Virus record (IMG/VR): IMGVR_UViG_3300025073_000026
DNA from: a virus
Direction: 5' to 3' (one strand)
DNA length: 62,068 bases
Shown: positions 9,509-19,574 of the stretch, in pieces
How positions within the stretch are numbered: position 1 is the first letter of the stretch
Layout of the letters: every line of letters starts with the position of its first letter
Notes under the pieces: generated by a model
Database searches by the model: none
What the model was told of the DNA's origin: nothing
The model's input: the letters and a program-made list of their open reading frames with translations, nothing else
Translations under genes and position numbers: made by a program

Positions 9509-10146
9509 AACGTGCAAATCCGAAACAAGATCTGTTAGCCACATGCAACGATAGGGGAACACCCCCAGCAGAATTCAAGGGATTTTTCTGTTCCCGATGC
9601 AGGAATCCAAGTTGTATCAATGCAGGTTGGGGAGAGTCACTTTGGACTAACAGGATGTCTACTCAAGAGGATAGGTTGTTCAACCCCACTTTTGCAGACA
9701 CCAATGACCCCAGATTCGAGCGATTCAAGGATATGGACTTTCCGTCTATGTTCCACGAAGCCATGCGCCTGGAGATTGCAGACCAGAGGAATGATTGGGA
9801 AATTCCTGAGATACCGATTCTAGATGGGGTCAGCAAGGTTTCTGAACCGGAAACTACTGCCACAGTAGAAGCTGCTGTCCAGGCTATGGCAGGGTCGCAG
9901 GGGAAGCCTAAAACACCTATTGTTGCTCCAGTGCCACCTCCTAGTAGTCCCCCTGTGATGGTCGAAGCCGTCACCCCTGGAACAGTCCAGATAAATACAG
10001 ATGCCCCCACAGGTGGGATAATGTTGGATGGTAGTGATGTTCAACCCAGAAAGGCTGAGCCCAAAACGGATCCGTGGGAAGTACCCAAGGAGACGAAAGT
10101 TGCTGTGGGGGCTACCGTGAAGATCGGGGGACCAAAATCCAAATGA
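9505..10146 (+). CDS. hypothetical protein
   Basis: ATGA-coupled to polA; CxxCxxxxC motif. Confidence 0.7.
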   Translation: MKRANPKQDLLATCNDRGTPPAEFKGFFCSRCRNPSCINAGWGESLWTNRMSTQEDRLFNPTFADTNDPRFERFKDMDFPSMFHEAMRLEIADQRNDWEIPEIPILDGVSKVSEPETTATVEAAVQAMAGSQGKPKTPIVAPVPPPSSPPVMVEAVTPGTVQINTDAPTGGIMLDGSDVQPRKAEPKTDPWEVPKETKVAVGATVKIGGPKSK

Positions 10147-11180
10147 CAGACACAAAACTACAGTTGGGGCAAACTCTGACTAAGATGCTGGACATGTTGA
10201 AGGATGTAGCTCCAGAAGCCATCGAGATCATGGCCCAACTCAAGGCTCAGGAGATATCCGAAGTTGATGCCATGACCCAACTCATGCTCTGGGCCAAAGA
10301 TCACCCTGATATCATGGAGACGCTTCAGCACTCAATCACCAAATCCAATGCTCTGGCAAACATCGCTAAGACTGAACTCACACCTTTCTTTGAGGACAGG
10401 CGGGATGATGGTAAGCTTCCCAGACTCAACCCCATTTTCGAAGCAGCCCTCACGGAACGGTTGCAATTCGATGGAGATGCCCCTGAATTGCGGTCAGGGC
10501 CACTTCCTCTAGGAGCCATGCCTGCGGTCCCCATCAGTACTAATGCTCGGAATCCTGTGTCTATAGGAAAGGGTCTCGACATGGCATCTAGAAATACGAT
10601 GGAGGCCATAGAAGCCCATAGGGAAGAGAAGGCTCGGGCATTGGGTCTGATTCCCCCATCTGAATCAATTGGTACTGCCTTGGTTCTATCTGAGGAGAAG
10701 CAGAGAGCCGCAATGGCCCTTTGGGAAAGTCCCGATATGGACTTGCCTGCATACAAAAGAGGGGAAGCTGCAGCCCCCGTAGCAGTTGACACACTTTCGG
10801 GTTCCTATTTGGCTGAGATACCACCAGAGGATGCACAGCATTACACCTGGAAATTCCTCTCCACTACACAAGGGCGGCGCTCTGTAGTCCCTACGATTCT
10901 AGAGATGGTGATTCAAAGGCTCGAAAAAGCGGGGGTCATGGTGTCTCTAGGAACAAAAGATGAGACCCCGGTTGCGTTTGAACGGTGGACATTCAAATTG
11001 GATGGTACTGCGAACACACAACCCAAGTTTGCTTATGTGGATACAGCGGCTAAAGTGTTGGGGGAATCCCTGGTCAGACAGTTGAAAGAGAAACATGTGG
11101 AAGGCTGTCTCTTCCATTTGGATGAGTGCAAAAACATTGCCGATCGAGAAGTCGGGTGGCTTGCTAGGTGTTTCGTATGA
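10143..11180 (+). CDS. hypothetical protein
   Basis: Long ORF, ATGA-coupled. Confidence 0.7.
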   Translation: MTDTKLQLGQTLTKMLDMLKDVAPEAIEIMAQLKAQEISEVDAMTQLMLWAKDHPDIMETLQHSITKSNALANIAKTELTPFFEDRRDDGKLPRLNPIFEAALTERLQFDGDAPELRSGPLPLGAMPAVPISTNARNPVSIGKGLDMASRNTMEAIEAHREEKARALGLIPPSESIGTALVLSEEKQRAAMALWESPDMDLPAYKRGEAAAPVAVDTLSGSYLAEIPPEDAQHYTWKFLSTTQGRRSVVPTILEMVIQRLEKAGVMVSLGTKDETPVAFERWTFKLDGTANTQPKFAYVDTAAKVLGESLVRQLKEKHVEGCLFHLDECKNIADREVGWLARCFV

Positions 11181-11563
11181 AAACTTGGACGCTTAGGATC
11201 ACTGGGGGGCAAATATTTCAGATGCAACTGCAAGATCACCCCACTTTGCAACACAATGGGGCTGAGACCCTCTGGCAAGCGACTATGGACATGCAACGAG
11301 TCCGAGAGATCGCAGAATCCATTCATGTGAACAGCGGGGCAACGGTTTCTGTTTATGCTACCAATGTTGAAGACACACCCAAGGTACCTAAAATGAATGG
11401 GTGGCCAACTGAACGATGCCCGATCTGTTACTTCTTTGAGATGGACACGTCAAACCACTGTGGGGTGGCAGACTGGCCGGTACCAGTCCTCAAGAGTGCT
11501 ATGCAACGTGGTGGTGACAAAGCCATACAGGACCGCCAAGAATGCCCCAGGAACAAACGATAG
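11177..11563 (+). CDS. hypothetical protein
   Basis: ATGA-coupled ORF. Confidence 0.6.
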   Translation: MKTWTLRITGGQIFQMQLQDHPTLQHNGAETLWQATMDMQRVREIAESIHVNSGATVSVYATNVEDTPKVPKMNGWPTERCPICYFFEMDTSNHCGVADWPVPVLKSAMQRGGDKAIQDRQECPRNKR

Positions 11564-12324
11564 AGTACAACTCTGGCACAATGTATCAATCGGATGCTAT
11601 CGAAGCTCTACGGACGCTTCCTGATAGGTCAGTCGATTTAATCCTAACGGATCCGCCCTACTCTTCCTTAGAGAAGTGGCGGGCCATAGGAACGACGACT
11701 CGCCTGAAAGTGTCTGATGCTTCATCTAATGAATGGTTTCCAGTAGTTGAGAACAGTTACTTCGTGGATTTCTTCAAAGAATGCTACCGAATTCTCAGGA
11801 ATAATTCTCACATCTATGTTTTCTGTGACTTTGAGACTGCTCTAGCGATTGACCCCATGGTGACCGGCGCCGGGTTCACTCGAAAGAAGCCTGTCATCTG
11901 GAACAAGGTGGGCACCCTGGTGGAAGAATGCTGCCCCAATTGCAAACGTCCAGTGGGTGCTAGACGGAAACCTGGGTCTCCAGGCATGGGATATCCCTAC
12001 AGGTCATGCTATGAATTGATATATTTCGGTTCCAAAGGGGACCGTCCAGTAACTGGATCAAGGAACGTCCGGGATGTGTTGGAGTGCGAGCGAATAAAGG
12101 GGGACGGGGCTTACCCTACAGAGAAACCCATCGAACTACTCCAAGTTCTTTTAGGTCAGTCCTCAGTGCCAGATAGTCTGATCGTGGACCCCTTTGCTGG
12201 GAGTGGGTCAACAATCCTGGCCGCTACAGGACTCGGCAGACGGGCTTTCGGTTTTGACATACAACAAGCCACAGTGGATCGTTTCAACAATCGGCCCATC
12301 GATGTGATCAATCTTTCTGCCTAA
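11542..12324 (+). CDS. N6/N4 DNA methyltransferase (beta class)
   Basis: TDPPY, YPTEKP, DPFAGSG. Confidence 0.92.
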   Translation: MPQEQTIEYNSGTMYQSDAIEALRTLPDRSVDLILTDPPYSSLEKWRAIGTTTRLKVSDASSNEWFPVVENSYFVDFFKECYRILRNNSHIYVFCDFETALAIDPMVTGAGFTRKKPVIWNKVGTLVEECCPNCKRPVGARRKPGSPGMGYPYRSCYELIYFGSKGDRPVTGSRNVRDVLECERIKGDGAYPTEKPIELLQVLLGQSSVPDSLIVDPFAGSGSTILAATGLGRRAFGFDIQQATVDRFNNRPIDVINLSA

Positions 12325-12387
12325 TCTCTCTATCAGATTCAGTCTCAGTGTGTTGTATTGGTTCCCACAGGACAGGAGCACATCATA

Positions 12388-13248
12388 ATGACCCTCGAAG
12401 CCAAACTCCGAAAGATCGCCAAAGAGAACCCTGAAATGAGACGGTATCTGGTGCCGCTCCTAAAGAATGCAGCAACGCCTAAGGTCGCTGTCTCAAAGGA
12501 TACTCAGGACTTCGTGGATTGGGTGTTCACTACACGGCATGGAAACCCCATTGGGGTTGGTGAGGTAGAGGCGGAATTGAAGAAGATGGGGTGCCCCCTA
12601 CTAGCATCTAAAGGTGGGGTGAAAGGGCCCCGATTCAAGAAGGGGGACACTCTTTGGATCGATTTCAAGTTATCAAAGGCAAACCCCGATGTTTATCAAG
12701 GACAGGAGGTGCACTCTGGAGTGCCGGTAAGCCTTCTGGACTACGATTGCACCAAAGTCGATTGCATAGACGCTACAGGAACGTCTGTCACTATCAGAAC
12801 GAAAGACAAAACAGAGCTGCTTTGCCCCTGGGGCCAGAAGCCAAAGGGCATTCCACTCTACAAGTATTTCGAACCATCGTTGATTCAGGCCAAGACACCA
12901 CCTCTGGAGATTGTTTACCTGGCTGGCTTGGAAGCGGATGATGAACAGAAGGTTGTTGCTCAAAATTACATCGCCCGTGGGGAAGCAAAGGGTGAGAAGC
13001 GTTCTCTGAATTACTACTCGGGATTCTCTTACGGATATAGGTTCGGACAGAACGGGATGTACTTTGAAGTACTTGCACAGCAAAGATTCCAGATGGACGG
13101 AACCACTTGTGGTAAGCGTCCATCCTATGGGGTCAGATCCTTCAACCCGTCACTAGGGCAGGTGCTCTACATTGGGACTATCGGGAAGCGTCCTCATGAG
13201 TGGAAGGATGAGCTGGAGGCGCTGAAGAACCCCCCGATCCAGCCTTGA
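12388..13248 (+). CDS. hypothetical protein with N-terminal L..(I/L)A..NP..R....PLLK motif
   Basis: AGGAG RBS; N-terminus shared with 29514..29975. Confidence 0.75.
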   Translation: MTLEAKLRKIAKENPEMRRYLVPLLKNAATPKVAVSKDTQDFVDWVFTTRHGNPIGVGEVEAELKKMGCPLLASKGGVKGPRFKKGDTLWIDFKLSKANPDVYQGQEVHSGVPVSLLDYDCTKVDCIDATGTSVTIRTKDKTELLCPWGQKPKGIPLYKYFEPSLIQAKTPPLEIVYLAGLEADDEQKVVAQNYIARGEAKGEKRSLNYYSGFSYGYRFGQNGMYFEVLAQQRFQMDGTTCGKRPSYGVRSFNPSLGQVLYIGTIGKRPHEWKDELEALKNPPIQP

Positions 13249-13377
13249 AGTAAGGCTTGCAGCCTTCATATTCGGAACAAGACTTGCACAGCCGAAAGTT
13301 TCCTTCCTTGAAGGAAGTGCAGAACGTCCTTGGGTCGATTGGCTTACTGCTCTTCTTGATCTCTTTGACCGGCTTCA

Positions 13378-13704
13378 TCATTTGGGCTCCTTGTGATATG
13401 TCCCACTTCGTATCTGTTGGGAGATTTCGTGGACTAGAAAGTCCATTTCCATCGGAGAAAAGGTCTTCCGTAGCTTACGAGTCATCTGCTGTTTTGCTGT
13501 GAGCAGGCTGTCTTCCCACTTCTCGGCGGGGAGTGCCACAGGATTCTGAGCAATTGCAGAGAGAACCTTTTCGGTTTCCTCTTTGGATATCCGGGCAAAG
13601 ACAGCTTCCCAAAGGGCGGCTACCGTCTGGCAGTAGAGGCGTTCTATCAGGTCATCCGATTCAGGTGTCAATCCGATCATGTGTGGTCTCACTTGAAATG
13701 CCAC
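13378..13704 (-). CDS. hypothetical protein
   Basis: RBS, part of minus-strand block. Confidence 0.6.
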   Translation of the reverse strand: MAFQVRPHMIGLTPESDDLIERLYCQTVAALWEAVFARISKEETEKVLSAIAQNPVALPAEKWEDSLLTAKQQMTRKLRKTFSPMEMDFLVHEISQQIRSGTYHKEPK

Positions 13705-13734
13705 GCGATTCCTTTTCTCCCCATAGACGGCCCC

Positions 13735-14502
13735 TTAGTCCTTGATTTCAGTCAGGAGGTCATCCAGGACTGCCGTCTCAGGAGCTGCCTTGTCAGTTCT
13801 TTCCAGATTCATCCGACTTACCACACGCCCTCCAGCCCGAAGGATAAAGTTCGTATCAAGCTTATAGGAAGTGAATCTGCTTACAGGCAGCTTAGCCCTG
13901 ATCAAGTCCTTTACCTGAGTCTTGAGTGCGGACTTGGTTTCCCACTTGCCTGCAGATGCATCCTTCAGGGTTTTTTCAGCAACTTTCAGGCCATAGACGT
14001 ATATAACTCCTACATCATCCGGCTTTCCGGCTCCCTGATAGACCCTCACACCGGGGATCACCTTCCCATCTACCACGAGCGGACCCATGGCAGGGATCAC
14101 CTCAGAGGTCTCCTTGCTTACCTCATCTGAGAGGGACTTGGCATAAGATTCGTGCAGTTCCTGAAAAGCATGCTGAACGACTTCCAAATCTGCCACTGCC
14201 TTCGTCTTGGGGTCGACCAGCCGCTTCTGCGTGCATTCTGCCAACACATCCGCCATGGAAAGGCCATTGAGGATGTCCTGGGACTTCTTTACGAGGGTCC
14301 CGTAGTCGAACCCGGAGATCAGGGTTACCCTGACAGTTTCGTTGCCGAAGATGGTCTCCTTTTTCGTCACTGGATCGATTCGAGTCTTACCGATCTTCCT
14401 GAGAGTAATCCCGATGAAAGAGCCCGGACGGTTCCCAACCAAAGCCTTTGCAAGATCATAATCCCTAGCATTCGTTTTCATCTCACCCATCCTCCTTAAC
14501 AA
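13735..14502 (-). CDS. hypothetical protein
   Basis: Long ORF in minus block. Confidence 0.7.
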   Translation of the reverse strand: MLRRMGEMKTNARDYDLAKALVGNRPGSFIGITLRKIGKTRIDPVTKKETIFGNETVRVTLISGFDYGTLVKKSQDILNGLSMADVLAECTQKRLVDPKTKAVADLEVVQHAFQELHESYAKSLSDEVSKETSEVIPAMGPLVVDGKVIPGVRVYQGAGKPDDVGVIYVYGLKVAEKTLKDASAGKWETKSALKTQVKDLIRAKLPVSRFTSYKLDTNFILRAGGRVVSRMNLERTDKAAPETAVLDDLLTEIKD

Positions 14503-15511
14503 TCAGAAAACCACAGATTGAGCAGAATCCATCTCCAGCATCCTGGCAACCAGGGTGCCACTTTTCCTGTTCATCAAATTTCCCACTACAGCGGTGTGGG
14601 GCATCCGGGAGGAACTCTTTGCCATCCCCATAGAAGAATTTGACCTTCAAGGCGAGATTGACAAGGGCATCTTCCATGTCCCTACCACTCGTTTCCAAAA
14701 CCTCCGAACCACTGTGTCCCCATTTGTTCCATTTGTCCCAACCCTTGTCAGGTACCAACTCATTCTTTTCCTGTGAACGGTCATACCAGAGAAGGGGTTC
14801 CAGCCAGACCCGGAAAGCGGTGTTCCTGGTTTCGTCATCGTCTATCTGTTCTGTGGTGGGGTCCACGTAGACGAACATTTCGTCAAGGCACTCATAGATA
14901 GAGCTATCATCAACGACCCGATCCTCAAAGTTAGGCCCATCACTGTTCATGGTGCTGGAGGTACTACCGGGGATGGGCGTGAACAGTTCATCATCATGCC
15001 CTTCCTTGGGCATCCTGACTGTAGTGGGATATGTCCAGATCCGATGCTCTAGAAGCCAATTGACTAGTGCTTTACGTTCGATTGTGCCTGTAGGGGGTGA
15101 AGATATATCCCTGTGGATTCTGTTCGTGACTCGACTCCAAGCTTCGAGCAACTTGGGGTATGGGTTGATGTAATCACCCCTGGACTCTAATGCTCCAAGA
15201 GCGATACCGAACAGACCGATACTGAGCCATCCGATCTTCTGGCCCCGTTTGACAAGAGCACCCTTCTCCACATCAATAATGGCCTGCGTATGCAAGTAAC
15301 GCACGAGACCCGAATCGCCTCGGATGATAAGAGGCGTGAGGCTTTCTACCACACCATCTTCTACAGCATGTACAAAGTGCTGAAAGGGGGCAGCAAAAAG
15401 AATGGTTCCAGGTTTAATCTTGACTCTGGGGTCGGGGTGTTCGACACCTACAGAGGTGTCCTTGAGTATCCAAGGAATGAAACCAGGTAAGGGCCAAGAC
15501 CACATAGACAT
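14483..15511 (-). CDS. hypothetical protein, N-terminus weakly M23-peptidase-like
   Basis: VHAVEDGVV...YLH....V.KG..VKRGQKIG...INPYP; metal ligands incomplete. Confidence 0.55.
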   Translation of the reverse strand: MSMWSWPLPGFIPWILKDTSVGVEHPDPRVKIKPGTILFAAPFQHFVHAVEDGVVESLTPLIIRGDSGLVRYLHTQAIIDVEKGALVKRGQKIGWLSIGLFGIALGALESRGDYINPYPKLLEAWSRVTNRIHRDISSPPTGTIERKALVNWLLEHRIWTYPTTVRMPKEGHDDELFTPIPGSTSSTMNSDGPNFEDRVVDDSSIYECLDEMFVYVDPTTEQIDDDETRNTAFRVWLEPLLWYDRSQEKNELVPDKGWDKWNKWGHSGSEVLETSGRDMEDALVNLALKVKFFYGDGKEFLPDAPHRCSGKFDEQEKWHPGCQDAGDGFCSICGFLIVKEDG

Positions 15512-15531
15512 TCACCTCGCACTACATCCCG

Positions 15532-15558
15532 TACTACTCTAATCCGAGCAATCCTAAC
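15532..15558 (-). promoter_or_regulatory. Phage promoter motif GTTAG-N16-GTAGTA
   Basis: Exact motif match. Confidence 0.75.
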
Positions 15559-15850
15559 TGATTTTCTTCCAGGGACAGTGATTTTCTTTGCCCCAGACCC
15601 CGCAATCGGAAACCTTGACCATGGTGACAATATCGGAATCTTCAACATCAACCATGTAGGGCTCTCCATCGGGACGAGAATAGCACTCAGGGGGGTTCAT
15701 CCCACTGTATCCCTGTTCTGCCTCAGCGTCGCGCATCCGCTGGAGAAAGGTTTGGATATCCTTCTTCCTGAGATGAATTGTGTGGCCATCGGGGCGCACG
15801 CCCCAACCTCTTTCCGATTCTTCCCATTCCTGGATCCAAACTGTCGTCAT
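15554..15850 (-). CDS. hypothetical phage protein
   Basis: WEESERGWGVRPDG; RBS. Confidence 0.7.
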   Translation of the reverse strand: MTTVWIQEWEESERGWGVRPDGHTIHLRKKDIQTFLQRMRDAEAEQGYSGMNPPECYSRPDGEPYMVDVEDSDIVTMVKVSDCGVWGKENHCPWKKIS

Positions 15851-15856
15851 AGGTTT

Positions 15857-16228
15857 CTACCTCGTTTTCACTGAATAAAGGATCGCTACCTGCTCCTTGG
15901 GAGTCAGTTTGGAGAGGGCATTCTCCAGATTCTGAGTCCACCGCATGACCACTCCAAGAGGTATCCGATAATCGGAGTTTCCCCTGATGATGTCTGGAGT
16001 AATGTCCTTCGGACACTTTCCGGAACCCACGTACAGCAAAGGGGCAATGTTATCGTGCAACCAAGTCCACCCGGCGACTACTCCCACATGGAAGGGTTCG
16101 TCTTCGTTGGACTTGCTGATCACCTTTGCACCTGAGAAGCTGGAGATGAAATGGCGTTGTTTGGAGGACGTACTTTCTGGGAGAATGGGGGTTATCGGCA
16201 ATGAAATCCGACTCTGCAACGGTCCCAT
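15857..16228 (-). CDS. hypothetical protein
   Basis: ORF in minus block, overlaps tnpB end. Confidence 0.5.
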   Translation of the reverse strand: MGPLQSRISLPITPILPESTSSKQRHFISSFSGAKVISKSNEDEPFHVGVVAGWTWLHDNIAPLLYVGSGKCPKDITPDIIRGNSDYRIPLGVVMRWTQNLENALSKLTPKEQVAILYSVKTR

Positions 16229-17376
16229 TCTATTGGGATCTTTGCCAACCGTACCCCACGGTTGAGTACCTCATTTGCTGAATTCACATCCCTATGGACC
16301 ACATACCCGCACGCACAACGATGCTCGCGCTCATGCAGTTTCTTGGGAACATCAGCCCCACACTTTGCACATACCTGAGACGTCCCCCTAGGATTGACGG
16401 GCACCGTCCATTTACCAGCCTCTTCCGCTTTGTAAATGACCATGCTGGTCAACATCCCCCAAGACGCATCCCCAATGTTCCTGTGTATGCCCTTTGCCTT
16501 CCCCGTTGGGGACGGCAACTGCATCAACCCTTTAATGTTCAAATCCTCAAAGCAAATGTAGTCAAACCTCTCCACGATGTCCTTAGAGACAACGTGGAGA
16601 AATTCCCTACGTTGATTAGCCACTCGTTCATGCAATTTGTTGAGTGCTGCCTTAGCTTTGGCCCTACGTCTAGATCGCTTGTTGGTCTTCAGGGAGAGCC
16701 GATGCTGCGCTTCTTTGAGCCTAGCAAGGCTGTCCCTTAACCATCTGGGATTCCCGACTATTGTACCATCATCAAAGGTAAGGAGGGTTTCGAGTCCGAA
16801 ATCCATCCCTACGGGATGTTTTGCGACAGGAACTTTGGCAGGTGCTTCACCTATGTCAGAGGTAATGGCGACGAACCATTTTCTACCTGTCCGTTTGATG
16901 GAGAAACCTATGGGTTGCCCATGAAAGGGACGATGGAAGTTGACTTTGATACTGACTTTACCGATTTTGATGATGGATTTGTCAGTATCGATGCTCCAGC
17001 CCGTACCGGGCGGGGCGGCGATGCTGAAGGAATCATACCGGTTAGCACTCTTGAACCTTGGATACCCAGGCTCTTCGACATTCTTTTTGACTCTACGGAA
17101 GAAGCCTTTGAATGCCCGGTCCAACCGGACGAGGCAGTCAACGGCGATACGACGTGGGAGTTCGGCAAATTCGGGGTGTTCAGAACGAATTTGAGTCAAG
17201 GAGATCTGTTGATCATTACAGGAGATCGAAATACGTTTGCGTTTCCAGTGAGTACGTCGCTCTTCCAGAGCGGCGTTGTACAGGGAACGGCAGAGGTTGA
17301 GGGTGTGGTTGAGCCAGCGGAAGGATTGGTCATTGGGTTTGAGTTGGTATTTGAAGGTTCGGATGAGCCTTTTCAT
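16192..17376 (-). CDS. tnpB: TnpB-family RNA-guided endonuclease (IS200/IS605-type), no TnpA
   Basis: N-terminal TFKYQLKP..CRSLYN; RuvC GMDFG, FEDL, HRDVNSA; CAKC/CACG zinc ribbon. Confidence 0.92.
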   Translation of the reverse strand: MKRLIRTFKYQLKPNDQSFRWLNHTLNLCRSLYNAALEERRTHWKRKRISISCNDQQISLTQIRSEHPEFAELPRRIAVDCLVRLDRAFKGFFRRVKKNVEEPGYPRFKSANRYDSFSIAAPPGTGWSIDTDKSIIKIGKVSIKVNFHRPFHGQPIGFSIKRTGRKWFVAITSDIGEAPAKVPVAKHPVGMDFGLETLLTFDDGTIVGNPRWLRDSLARLKEAQHRLSLKTNKRSRRRAKAKAALNKLHERVANQRREFLHVVSKDIVERFDYICFEDLNIKGLMQLPSPTGKAKGIHRNIGDASWGMLTSMVIYKAEEAGKWTVPVNPRGTSQVCAKCGADVPKKLHEREHRCACGYVVHRDVNSANEVLNRGVRLAKIPIEWDRCRVGFHCR

Positions 17377-17383
17377 GGGGCGG

Positions 17384-17412
17384 ATCGTAACATTCAATTG
17401 GAAAAAGGTCAA
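17384..17412 (-). promoter_or_regulatory. sigma70-like promoter of tnpB (TTGACC-N17-TACGAT, extended TG)
   Basis: Near-consensus with 17-bp spacer; predicted start at or near the ATG (leaderless). Confidence 0.5.
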
Positions 17413-17452
17413 GGGTGTTTGGTCTATAAAGTTGTATTGAATGAAAGTGCTT

Positions 17453-17701
17453 TCATTTCAAGGAGTTGGAAATGCCGATTAGGCTCAGAATGTTCCAGCA
17501 GTTGCCCCCCACGTCCCAGACATGGACGAACTCTCCAGCGACTACCCAAGACGACCACCAATGACTCTTGGTCAAGGTACGGAGGAGTATCGGCCGTTTA
17601 GCAGCGAAGCTATGGATGAGCTTGATCGCGTCATCAACAGCATCGAATGTTCCTAAAGGACTCAAAGTTTCAGGATGTATAAGATCATAACGAATTTTCA
17701 T
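17453..17701 (-). CDS. hypothetical protein
   Basis: Coupled to upstream ORF. Confidence 0.55.
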   Translation of the reverse strand: MKIRYDLIHPETLSPLGTFDAVDDAIKLIHSFAAKRPILLRTLTKSHWWSSWVVAGEFVHVWDVGGNCWNILSLIGISNSLK

Positions 17702-17898
17702 TTCGCCACCTTGTAGCCAAGCAACCTGAGCCGTCGAACGACATTGGTACGATCCCCCTTGAGAGACATTGCGCCATTGCCCTTCGGGACGATCACTTCA
17801 AAGGAATCAACTCCCTTGGGAATGGACACGGGCAACTGCTGCACCCGAACATCAAATCCGACGTCAATGGACAACAATGAGATCACATAAGGATTCAT
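17698..17898 (-). CDS. hypothetical protein
   Basis: First ORF after promoter motif. Confidence 0.6.
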   Translation of the reverse strand: MNPYVISLLSIDVGFDVRVQQLPVSIPKGVDSFEVIVPKGNGAMSLKGDRTNVVRRLRLLGYKVAK

Positions 17899-17923
17899 GC
17901 CTACAACCCCCTTTTCACACCTA

Positions 17924-17950
17924 TACTACCCACTTACCTTAAAGTCTAAC
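17924..17950 (-). promoter_or_regulatory. Phage promoter motif (leftward of divergent pair)
   Basis: GTTAG-N16-GTAGTA. Confidence 0.75.
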
Positions 17951-17974
17951 AAGCGAACGCACAATAATTTTTGT

Positions 17975-18001
17975 GTTAGGATTTGTGGAGGTAGGGTAGT
18001 A
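17975..18001 (+). promoter_or_regulatory. Phage promoter motif (rightward of divergent pair)
   Basis: GTTAG-N16-GTAGTA. Confidence 0.75.
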
Positions 18002-18023
18002 AGAGTGTGAAAGGGGGCCGGAC

Positions 18024-18377
18024 ATGGCTAACTTAGTGCCGTCTTACCACGAGAAGGTTTTTGTTGCCGTGCCGGGATTCAAGCACCCCCACTACCGGGT
18101 GTGGTTCACTTCCCGTAAGGCCTTCCAGGACTACACTGCCGGTCGCCCGGGGATAGTTCTGCCCGGTACGACTTTGCAGGGATTCGTCCGGGTCATGAAA
18201 AGCCCAACTGGCTGTTCTCCCAAGTGGTTCCTCTTTGATACTGAAAATGGAACGCTTAATGGTCGTAGGTACCTGTGGGAGTTTGGAACCCGGCGAGAAG
18301 CACGGGAGCACAAGAAATTGCAGAATAGCGATCCGAATAATGTGAAGTTGGTTGGGCCCTTCCAGTACATCGGGTGA
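18024..18377 (+). CDS. hypothetical protein
   Basis: RBS, after promoter. Confidence 0.65.
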   Translation: MANLVPSYHEKVFVAVPGFKHPHYRVWFTSRKAFQDYTAGRPGIVLPGTTLQGFVRVMKSPTGCSPKWFLFDTENGTLNGRRYLWEFGTRREAREHKKLQNSDPNNVKLVGPFQYIG

Positions 18378-18384
18378 TGCAGAA

Positions 18385-19056
18385 GTGACTAGAACCCAAG
18401 GTGGCATTTCAACAACGAACCTAGTGCTATCCGCCCACGTTGGTGGCAATGCAGATGTGTTCCCCAACATCCTGCAACTTCATGTGCCGGATGGGGCTAC
18501 TATAGCCGATGTAACCTATGGTAAAGGAGTGTTCTGGCGGAACGTCAATAGGCTCAGATACAAGTTGCTGGCAACGGACATCCAGTCAGGAGTCGATTGC
18601 AGGCACCTTCCCTACAAGGATGCCACCATTGATGCCGTGGTCATAGACCCGCCCTATATGGAAGGGAGTGCCCGGAATACCGCTTACCAGACAGGGCAGC
18701 AGGCGTTCTCTGAGTACTATGGGCTACAGGCGATACAGCAAACCGGGGACAGGTACTCAGGAGCGATCCTACAGCTTTACAAGGATGCCTGTAAAGAGGC
18801 TGACCGGGTGCTGAGATCATCCGGTGTCCTTATCCTAAAGTGTCAGGACGAGGTGTGCGCTAATAAGCAACGATTGACCCATGTAGATATCATCAACCAC
18901 ATGACCGACCTTGGGTGGTTCTGCAAAGACCTATTCGTGGTTGTGCGGAGTAATAGACCTGTAGTGAGCCGGATGAAGAAACAGGTGCATGCCCGCAAAA
19001 ACCACAGTTACTTTCTGGTATTCACTCGACGGAAGTTCCATAGAACAGAGGATTGA
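18385..19056 (+). CDS. DNA amino-methyltransferase (short)
   Basis: DVTYGKGVFW SAM-binding-like motif, IDPPY. Confidence 0.85.
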   Translation: MTRTQGGISTTNLVLSAHVGGNADVFPNILQLHVPDGATIADVTYGKGVFWRNVNRLRYKLLATDIQSGVDCRHLPYKDATIDAVVIDPPYMEGSARNTAYQTGQQAFSEYYGLQAIQQTGDRYSGAILQLYKDACKEADRVLRSSGVLILKCQDEVCANKQRLTHVDIINHMTDLGWFCKDLFVVVRSNRPVVSRMKKQVHARKNHSYFLVFTRRKFHRTED

Positions 19057-19060
19057 AGCC

Positions 19061-19309
19061 ATGCCTTATGGACCATGCTGTATCTGTGGAGCCACCAATT
19101 ACGCTATGAGCATGGGTGGCACATTCATTTGTCCTAGATGCGATTGCGGGCTTCCTCCCGTTGCTAAGGCCATGGAGTTCCATGAGAAGGACACCTGGGA
19201 TGGTAGGGATGCTCGGATTGTTGACCTTGAGAGGCAGCTTGCAGAACTCCAAGCGAAGTACGGTGCTCTAGTCAATCTCAAAGGAGATGATGATGAAGAG
19301 AGGAACTGA
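19061..19309 (+). CDS. small zinc-finger hypothetical protein
   Basis: CCIC...CPRC plus coiled-coil-like tail. Confidence 0.55.
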   Translation: MPYGPCCICGATNYAMSMGGTFICPRCDCGLPPVAKAMEFHEKDTWDGRDARIVDLERQLAELQAKYGALVNLKGDDDEERN

Positions 19310-19556
19310 TGATGAAGAACGACCTACACTGGGATCTGACCAGAAGTTACGGATAGAAGCCAGCCAAGACCCAACCAATGGCGAATACACCTTCTTGATC
19401 TGTCGGAAGTGCAGGAATAAGGTTACAGATCCCATGGGACAGTGGGAAAATGCGACGGTGACGGCTAACTGCCCTAAATGTACTCCAGTCAACTACACGG
19501 GAGCATGGACGGTTGCATTGAAAAGGATGGGGGAAATTCCAATCCCTACCGAGTAG
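19287..19556 (+). CDS. small zinc-ribbon hypothetical protein
   Basis: CRKC...CPKC. Confidence 0.55.
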   Translation: MMMKRGTDDEERPTLGSDQKLRIEASQDPTNGEYTFLICRKCRNKVTDPMGQWENATVTANCPKCTPVNYTGAWTVALKRMGEIPIPTE

Positions 19557-19574
19557 AATAGAGTAAAGTCCCTT

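Noticed and set aside
16294-17601. Long + strand ORFs opposite tnpB, and similar antisense ORFs opposite polA, TROVE and others
   Set aside because: Shadows of well-supported genes on the other strand, with no motifs.
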